Shown: positions 55,981 through 64,000 of the stretch, in pieces
How the letters are laid out: every line of letters begins with the position of its first letter
How positions within the stretch are numbered: the stretch's first letter is position 1
Source: Cycas panzhihuaensis
Taxonomy: Eukaryota > Plantae > Cycadophyta
Direction of reading: 5' to 3'
DNA length: 64,000 nt
NCBI GenBank assembly: GCA_023213395.1
Contig: CM041465.1
Coordinates: 47,127,741 to 47,191,740, forward strand
Translations under genes and position numbers: made by a program
Notes under the pieces: generated by a model
What the model was told of the DNA's origin: nothing
Seen by the model: the letters and a program-made list of their open reading frames with translations, nothing else
The model's database searches: none

Positions 55981-56862
55981 CACTTATAAAAGTAGCATCT
56001 AGTTAGTAGTGCACTTTTTTTTCCAAACGTATATTTCATTTTAAATGCATTACATTCCTTTTTTTTTGGAAAGTGATTACTTGCATATTTCCTTCAAGAG
56101 CTCTTTATTTATTTAATCTCACTTAGAGGATTATTGTATTTCATTTAAGTTATTTTCTTTTTACATAAAAGGAATCTTTCAAAACCCTAAGTAAGACCAC
56201 ACTATTAATTAATTTAATTTTCACATTAAAAAGATAATCTTGAATTGAACCACCTTTATTTTCTAGCCTTGTAAGGGGAACGGTTAAGACCCCTAAAGTT
56301 ACCACCTCGCACATGCTACTTGGCCTACTCATATTGGATGAGGACAACCATTAGCTATTAGGTATATTCAGTGGCAGGCTAAAGTGTAGAACCTATTCTA
56401 TTTATGGTGTTTAAAGACCAAGGCTAGACCTAGAGAGGGTGAGTGCCTTTGGTTCAAGAACCTTTACTACTAGATCTATTGCTAGGCATAAGTCTAGTAC
56501 AGGTAGGTCCATAATTCTAGGGGGTGTAAAGGCCTTCTTAGTAGCCTATGTACTAAGGTATATAAAACTTAGAACTCACATATAGGTATATTAGGTCCCT
56601 ATTTTGCCATTTATAGGTAGGCACCACTAGATAAGATAGTAATTGAAGGTTTCTCCAAGAGAAACTTAAACTTAGAGACTAGTAGCCTTAATAAGTACTA
56701 GTTCACTTATTCAAAAATTTGGGTAAAACCTTGGGTTATACTTAGCAGCAAATTTTAAACTTAAAATCTTTTTCAAAATTTAAATTCAAATATTTTTTAA
56801 CATTCAAATTTAACTTTTGCAAACTTATTTATCACATTTGATCAATAAAACTTTAGTTTAAT

Positions 56863-59800
56863 ATGACTTCTAGCTTTAGCAACATGATTATCCCCAAATT
56901 TAATAGAGATAATTTCCTAAATTAGAGTAGGAGGATGAGACTCATCCTCATAACTAATGACATGTGGGAAATTATAAAGATAAACTATAACGAATTAGGT
57001 CAAAATCCATCTGATGCAGAAAAGGCTACCTACAAGGAGAACGTTAAGAAAGACAATGAAGCCTTAGCACTCATCTTCTATGTACTTAAAGACCATGTAT
57101 TCCCATAAGTTAGTGAATCAGTTAAGTCAAAGGAAGCTTGGAACATCTTACAACTAATATATAAAGGAGCAACCTCCTCTAAACTACAAAACTTAAGGAG
57201 CAAGTTTAAAAATTTATGCATGATGCCCAATGAATCAGTAATAGAGTTAATGACCAAAGTCTAAAACATTGTAAACCAAATGAGGTCTCTTAGAGATACT
57301 CTAACTGAATAAAGGGTAGTTGAAAGGATCCTTAGATATGTTAGAGTTATCAAATGTTTTAAAATAATGGCTACTAGTATCAGTATTTTAAAGGATCTAA
57401 GCACTCTCAAAGAAGAATAACTTAGTGCCATGCTTATATCTATAAAGGAGCAACAAAGTGTAAATAAATCTCTAGAACATACCTTTGCTACAAAGGCCCA
57501 TATTCAATCCAACTCCCAAGTAGAAACCTCAAGGCAAAAGGAATCACCTCCAAGAAGAAAAGGTGGAAATCCTAGAAGAGATACTAGACAAGACCCTCCA
57601 AGATATTAAGCCCCTTACCAAAGGAGGCAAGGAGGACCCCAATAGCATGACAACCCTCTAAAGAACACAAATCAAAGGAGACAATTTGAGAATCATACTT
57701 GTTGTCCAAATTGCCAAGGGAATTCTCAATCTTCAAGGTCAAATCAGGAATATCATGACAATAGACCAAGAGATAACCCTCCTCAACCTTATGAGGGAAG
57801 GGAGAGATCTTTCGACATTAATCAATCTCATCTAAGGAGTAGAAGCCTAAGTTATGGAAGAAGAGATCCATTATATTGTATTTATTACCATAGAAGTGAT
57901 TATAATGAAGATAAATACTTCTCAAAACATGGAACACCATCTAGAGGACATGCTCAAAATCCATCTAAATCAAAGGTTAATAACATATTATTCCTATCTA
58001 GTTTTTTAGCTAAGAAAGAAGATGATGATAGCTGGTATATTGATTCAGGTTACTCAACTCACATGACCCACAAAGAACATTTGTTTTATACCTTGGATAA
58101 AAATAGGAAAGGAACCATCATGTTTAGAGACAATACCTCCCATAAATTAGTTGGGAAAGGTAACATAGCTTTGATGATGAATATAGGAAAATATAGAAAT
58201 CTAGATGATGTCTTATATATCCTTGCCCTAATGAAGAACTTGCTATCAATAGGATAGATGATGGGACAGGATTACAAGGTGATTTTTGATAATGACGACT
58301 GTGTTATCAAAGATAAGAGGAAAAATAAAGCTATTATTGCTAAAGGAAAAATAACTAAGGATCGTCTATTTAAACTTATCCTCACTCATTTAGATACCTA
58401 TACCCTCAGAACTTCAACTATCATGGATAGTGACTTGTGGCATAGAAGTTTTGATCACCTTAACTACAACAGCTTGGCTCTTATGAAAAAGATGGACATG
58501 GTTAATGATTTACCACACATTGATGTTAATAAAAACTTGTGTAAAGGGTACCTCCTTGGTAAGCACCATAGAGAAAGCTTTCTGAATTATAGTCATCAAG
58601 TATCAAGCCCTCTTCAATTAGTATTCACAGACATTTATAGACCTATGAATACTCTGTCCTTAGTAGGTATAAAATATTTCCTCACCTTCATTGATGACTT
58701 CACAAGGAAGACATGAGTTTTCTTTCTAAAATATAAATCTGATACCTTCGACCACTTTATTGATTTCAAAACCTTTGTAGAGTGACAAAGTGGATATAAA
58801 ATCCTATCTCTAAGATCAGATAATGGGAAGAATTTATATGCTTTTAAGGACTATTGTATACACCATGGGATCAAGAGATAATTCACCAACCCCTACACCC
58901 CATAACAAAATGGTGTAGCGAAAAGGAAGAATAAAATTATAGTTGAAATGACAAGATGTATGCTTAAAGATAAGAATTTGAGCCATGATTTTTGGGCTAA
59001 AGCATTTTACACAGCCATCTACTTACTCAATAGATGCTCCACCAAGGAACTTAGGTGGAAAACTCTAGAAGAAACATGGATTGGTTATAAGCTAAGTATA
59101 CATCATCTCAGGGTATTTGGATATCTTGCATATGCCCATATTCTTGATCAAAGAAGAACCAAATTGGATGACCATAATATCAAATGTATCTTCTTTGGTT
59201 ATAGTGAAACTTCTAAGTCCTACAAGGTCTATGATTTAAAATTAAGTAAAGTTATATTGAGTAGAGCTGTCAAGTTTCAGGAAGGCACCTACTACCAAGA
59301 TAATCAAGAAAAGAAGAAGGAGATTGCCATTAAATTTAACACATCTTCTAAGTCCAAATATGTGCCTCTTATGTTTAATTCTAAGAGAAGTATCCATGAA
59401 CCTAGTGGGGAGGGAACTTTATCTCAACGTCCACCATAACACCTATCTAAATAGGTTCATCACAATCATGACTTGGGAGATATCTTAGATAACAATAGAA
59501 GATCCATATGCTCACATAAGGTCAACTTTACCCTAATGAGCAAGGTATTAGAAACTCATAAGCCTCAAACCTTTACTGAGGCTAATCAACATGAATATTG
59601 GTAGAAAACCATGGAAGATGAGTATATTCTATTATTAAGAATGATACATAGGAACTCATTAACTTACCACCAAAGAAGAAAACTATTGGCACAAAATAGG
59701 TCTATAAGATCAAGTTCTACTCAGATGGCTCCATCGACAAATATAAATCTAGATTAGTTGCAAAAGGATATGCTCAAAGAGAAGGCATAGACTATATAGA

Positions 59801-61080
59801 AACATTTACCCCTATTATTAGGTTGGAATATATTTGAATAATGATGATTCTAGTAGACCAAATAGGTTGGAAAGTCTATTAAATGGTGTGAAAAGTGCAT
59901 TCCTAAATGGATATATCAAAGAAGACATGTATGCCATTTAACCCCTCAGTTTTGAAGTCAGGGGGGAAGAGAACAAAGTGTACAAATTTAAAAAGGTACT
60001 ATATGGTCTAAAATAAGCACCGAGGGCTTGGTATTCCCGCATAGACAAGTATTTCAAAGATCAAGGATTTGAGAGATCTCAAGTAGATCCAAACTTATAC
60101 ACTCAAATCAAGGGAAGTTTAATCTTGATTATAGGTCTTTATGTGGATGACCTAGTTTATACCAGAAACAACTCCCATCTCTTACATCAATTTAAAGATG
60201 CTATATATAAGGAATTCAAGATGATAGACTTAGGCCTTATGCATTACTTCCTAGGATTAGAAGTTTAATAGGACAAATAAGGAATCTTCATCTCTCAATG
60301 GAAATATACATTAGATCTACTACAAATATTCAGAATGAGAAGACTGCAAACTATTGGCAACCCCAACAGAAACTAGAATCAAACTATCTAAGATAGATGA
60401 CTCTACCTCAGTTGATCCAACTCTCTATAGATAACTCATTAGCAGTTTAATATATTTGACATCTACCTGATCAGTTATAACACACTCAATTAGTGTTGTA
60501 TCTAGGTTCATACAAGATCCAAAGACCTCTCATCGATAAGCTACCAAGATAATCCTAAGACACCTCAAAGGAACTCCATACCTTGGGTTATATTACAAAG
60601 CTACCTCTAAATTTTAGTCGATTGACTACACAGATTTAGATTGGGTAGGTGATGTTAATGATAGAAAGTCTACAACATGTTATATATTTAGTATAAGGTT
60701 AGCAACAGTAGCTTGGAGTACAGAGAAGTAAAATATAGTCTCCTTATCCACATTTGAGGTGGAATATAAAGCAGTAGTTACAGAAACATGCAAGTCAGTG
60801 TGGTTAAGAAGACTACTATAAGATTTCCAAATCAAACAGTAAGGTCCCACTAGAATTTTATATGATAATCAAAGAACTATCCAAATGGCTAAGAATTTGG
60901 TATTCCATGGTAGAACAAAACATGTTAAGACTCAACACCACTTCATTCAGGAACTTGTGTAAGCAGAAGAGATCAAGTTAGCTTATTGTAATACTAAAGA
61001 TTAGGCAACTAACATTTTTACAAATCCTTTGGGAAAGATCAAATTCCATAAGTTTAGAAAAAGTTTAGGAGTCATCAACA
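56863..61080 (+). pseudogene. Copia gag-pol pseudogene of element E
   Basis: Gag MTSSFSNMIIPKFN...; protease WYIDSGYSTHMT; LWHRSFDHLN; integrase LRSDNG; [10 protein letters not shown] and LYVDDL; RNase H DWVGDVNDRKST and HGRTKHV. Many in-frame stops. Confidence 0.93.
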
Positions 61081-62413
61081 TTAGGCTTATGGGGGAGAAT
61101 ATTAGGATAAACCCCAATGTGTTTGAAGAACCATGCACCTAGGGCCCCTCAAAGCCACCTTTGAGGTCCCTTAGGGCACTTAGAGCCTACCAATAACTAC
61201 CAAAGGGACCTAGAGCCAACACAATATTATTAAGATATGTGTAATAATTATTAATTATTTTTTTAAATATTATTTAAATATTTTATCAACTAACATGCAG
61301 GTTAGGTTGATGGCACTTGCCACCTCTCCAAATGCCTATTTAAGGGGTGGGAATACCTCCATGGCATTTTTTTAATATTGTTGTCATTAGAAATACCTTG
61401 TTAATTCAAAATGCACTTAGTGTAATATCCTACTGTACTCCTCTATGACCTACATTCCCTTTAGGTAGGTGATATACCATTTTGAGCCTAGATATGAGGT
61501 TCAAGATTTGTATATTTAAATGACTTAGACATTGATGCCATAAGTGGTCTTAGATCTATTTGCGATCACTTCATCTTTTGAATGGGAGCATTCTCTTAGT
61601 TCATGTATGCAAGGGAACTCTTTCTCAATTACATCTTTCCTCTTATCATATTGAATTATGTTGGCCATTGAGTTAGATTCATGTTAAGGAGTAGTGGTAA
61701 GAGGGATATCATCTAGCCTGTATAAGTCACCATCTTCATGTCATGTGGCCATAAGTTTACCTATAGCATGATCTATAATTCTACAAATACCCTAGATAAA
61801 GAGGACATCTAAGTTCTACTTATCTAATTAGCTAATAGAAAGTAGGTTCATCTTCATACTTGCTACAAGGAACACATTACTAGTGTGGTGTCTAATGTTA
61901 AAGTCCTTCAATGTGGTTGGTGCCCTACTAATTTTGGTCACATTATAAGTCATGCTATTACCAAATATGACCATTTGAGTGTTGATTGATTGGGTCTCTT
62001 CCAACATTTTTTTAGAAGCTGTCATGTGTCTTATTGTACTAGAATCAAGAAGCCATATGGTCTCATCAAGATGAGAGGACAATGTTGTAAAAAATAGGTT
62101 ATAGGAGGAGGAGTCTTGATTATCTCCTATGTTGCCATATTGTTGTTGATTATATTATTGGTTCCTTTAATTTTTATTTGTGAACCATTGCTTATTTTAA
62201 GGTCTTTTTCCTTGTGTGGGCCTTGAATTCTAATTTTACTGATAGAATTATCCTTGAGGTTGATATAATAGCCCCCCTTATAGGTAGAAAAGGTCTCCTT
62301 GGTGTTGAACGAGACCACCTTATTGATAATAAGGGACTCCTTATTGTGGAAATGAGGCTCTTTGAAGAGGGCATGATTCTCCTTATTGATAAGAAGCTCC
62401 TTGTCTTTGTTGA

Positions 62414-64000
62414 TGTTGGAAATAATGTTTAATGTGTAATGTATATGGGTCCTAGGAAAAGGTTATTACTCTATTGGTCAAATTAGTGGTGTAATGCTAT
62501 TGGTCAGGACAAAGGTATTTGTCCCACATGCATTACTTGGGATGTATAGTCTCCCACCTCTTAGGTATATTAAGGTGGTTGAGGTAGTATGTAAACATCA
62601 TCACAACATCAAGGCTCACCTTGAGTCCTTGGTCGTTTTGGTATGGTAATATATTCTGATTATATTGTGTGATTCTGTGGATGTTGATATTGTTATTATG
62701 ATTGAATGTTCTCCATGTTAAAATCTCAACATGGTATCAGAGCAGGCCATCCTGTTGCAAGAAGAGGATTGAGAGAAGGGAAGTCCAGTGAAGGATAAAG
62801 CGCTCAAGCAAGGAGGCTTCATTAAGGATTGCAGTTGGAGATCAAATTGGAAGAAATGTTTCAAGGCCTTGTTATGAAGTGTGTCAGGTAACATCATTCC
62901 TTTATTGTGCTATGTGAAATAGCCTATGTTAGGGTTTGTCTTGAAGTTGAGGACAGAATGTATGGAGAAGCAATGACATTTGAAGTTGTCTAAGAATTGA
63001 TATCTTAAAAGGCTTGTTAAAAGTGTGTTGTGGGTTATGAGAAAACTATTTATGGGCTGAAACCCTAACTTGCAAATTTATCAAAAGAAGTCATACCTGT
63101 TGTAAGAAGAATTGACTGCCATCTACCTTTACGGAGGGATCCATGGTTGAGTAATATCTGTCGTCACAGCAGGTGGTGTTATGTGCATAGGTAAATCTGG
63201 AAGATCTTTGGTAAAACCTTAACTTTGGCAATGTTATAAGTGTTGAAACAAAGAAGGTATTGGTTCTGTGTGAAAGATTTTACCTTGAATGTCCACTAGT
63301 GGACGTACCCTGCAATAATTACGCTCTCTGGGATTAAGTCAAGATAGCGCTAATGTGCTAGCCTCTTGAAGAAAGACCGAATACGCATTGCGAGTCATTC
63401 GGTGCCACCGATGAAGAAATAAACCACAAGATGGGTCCTTGATGTGCGTACGGGTGTTAACCTTCACCTTCTGCAATCTGGCACCGCCGCTTCAAATCCA
63501 CTGATTCCAAGAGCTTAGCTGTCGTGTGCTATTCCAAACACAAGTGCTTTATGTCAGGAAGAAGTCCTAAAGTGCCAAGTATTGATGCAAGACAGGATTT
63601 ACTGGTTTGCACCATAAGGCAGGAGACACGCCCAAACTCCAGCCAGGCAGTTAAACTCCACGCACTCTGCCTTCAGACGAGAAACCTCTCATGTCGCGTC
63701 ATCGGACTGGTGGAGCTTAAGGGAATCGGCCAGTCGCTTAAGAGTCCTACTCTGCAAGGTATCCATGTACTCTCCATACACACAACCTCTGTAAATGGGT
63801 GAGTGAGAGGCGTCCAGGAGGGGTGGAGCAGGAGCAATAAACGCGTCCGGGGCGGCCAGTATCGCGGTCGGCAAGACATGCGATCCCTCCGCTATTCACA
63901 ACAACCCGATGCACCGCACTCTTGTATCTATCATTACTCAGTAGCTGAATCTGATCTCCGACATTGATAACAAGCGTCCGGACGGGCGAACGTCCACCCA
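62414..64000 (+). mobile_element. Element F: young LTR element (5' LTR 62414-62731 plus tRNA-iMet PBS), probably running off the window
   Basis: TGTTGGAAAT...ATCTCAACA is immediately followed by a perfect TGGTATCAGAGC (62732-62743) and interrupts the gag of D. The right boundary cannot be seen. Confidence 0.75.
63689..64000 (-). pseudogene. C-terminal part of a plant 2-oxoglutarate/Fe(II)-dependent dioxygenase (DOXC class, DMR6/F3H-like tail), frameshifted; 5' part beyond the window
   Basis: Minus strand: WVDVRP / LVINVGDQIQLLSNDRYKSAVHRVVVNS / RDRMS / LPTAILAAPDAFIAPAPPLLDASHSPIYRGCVYGEYM...TGA. It contains the distal Fe-binding His (HRV) and the R-x-S 2OG-binding motif. At least three small deletions shift the frame; they could be real or sequencing errors. 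Confidence 0.85.

Larger units (their letters stand above)
54645..61454 (+). mobile_element. Element E: near-complete decayed Ty1/Copia nested antisense in D
   Basis: Direct repeats 54645-~55015 and 61100-61454. PPT GGGGGAGAA at 61091-61099. Flanks TTTCC/TTCCC are a TSD with one C>T change; removing E restores the host YLKGK*QRENF motif. Confidence 0.92.
51624..62413 (-). mobile_element. Element D: Ty1/Copia inserted in the gag of I, interrupted by E and cut by F
   Basis: 3' LTR 51624-52007. RNase H in ORF 52307..52687; RT ~52700-53520; integrase ORF 54112..54375 with PHTPQQNGVVER. GAG-pre-integrase 61455-61760; protease WLLDSSTIRHMT (ORF 61828..62082); gag tail to 62413. Confidence 0.88.

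Overview
Gene-poor, AT-rich, CpG-depleted eukaryotic window, most likely from a large plant genome (a gymnosperm-like host is an inference only). It is almost entirely nested, decayed LTR retrotransposons, and none of the listed ORFs is an intact gene. Main parts: (A) a complete 13.4 kb Tat/Ogre-like Ty3/Gypsy element (3183-16626, TSD GCCTA) with gag, no RT or integrase, an antisense intron-containing plant-mobile-domain (PMD) gene and a free-standing RNase H next to the 3' LTR. There are several Gypsy pol remnants. Two related minus-strand Copia elements (B, D) each carry a plus-strand Copia of a second family (C, E) inserted in their GAG-pre-integrase region. Also present are a non-autonomous LTR element with a perfect TSD (G), a TRIM remnant and two further Copia fragments (H, I). 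At the right edge is a young LTR element (F); downstream of its PBS lies a CpG-rich, frameshifted C-terminal piece of a plant 2-oxoglutarate/Fe(II) dioxygenase gene. Coordinates and identities were read by eye, and no database search was run.
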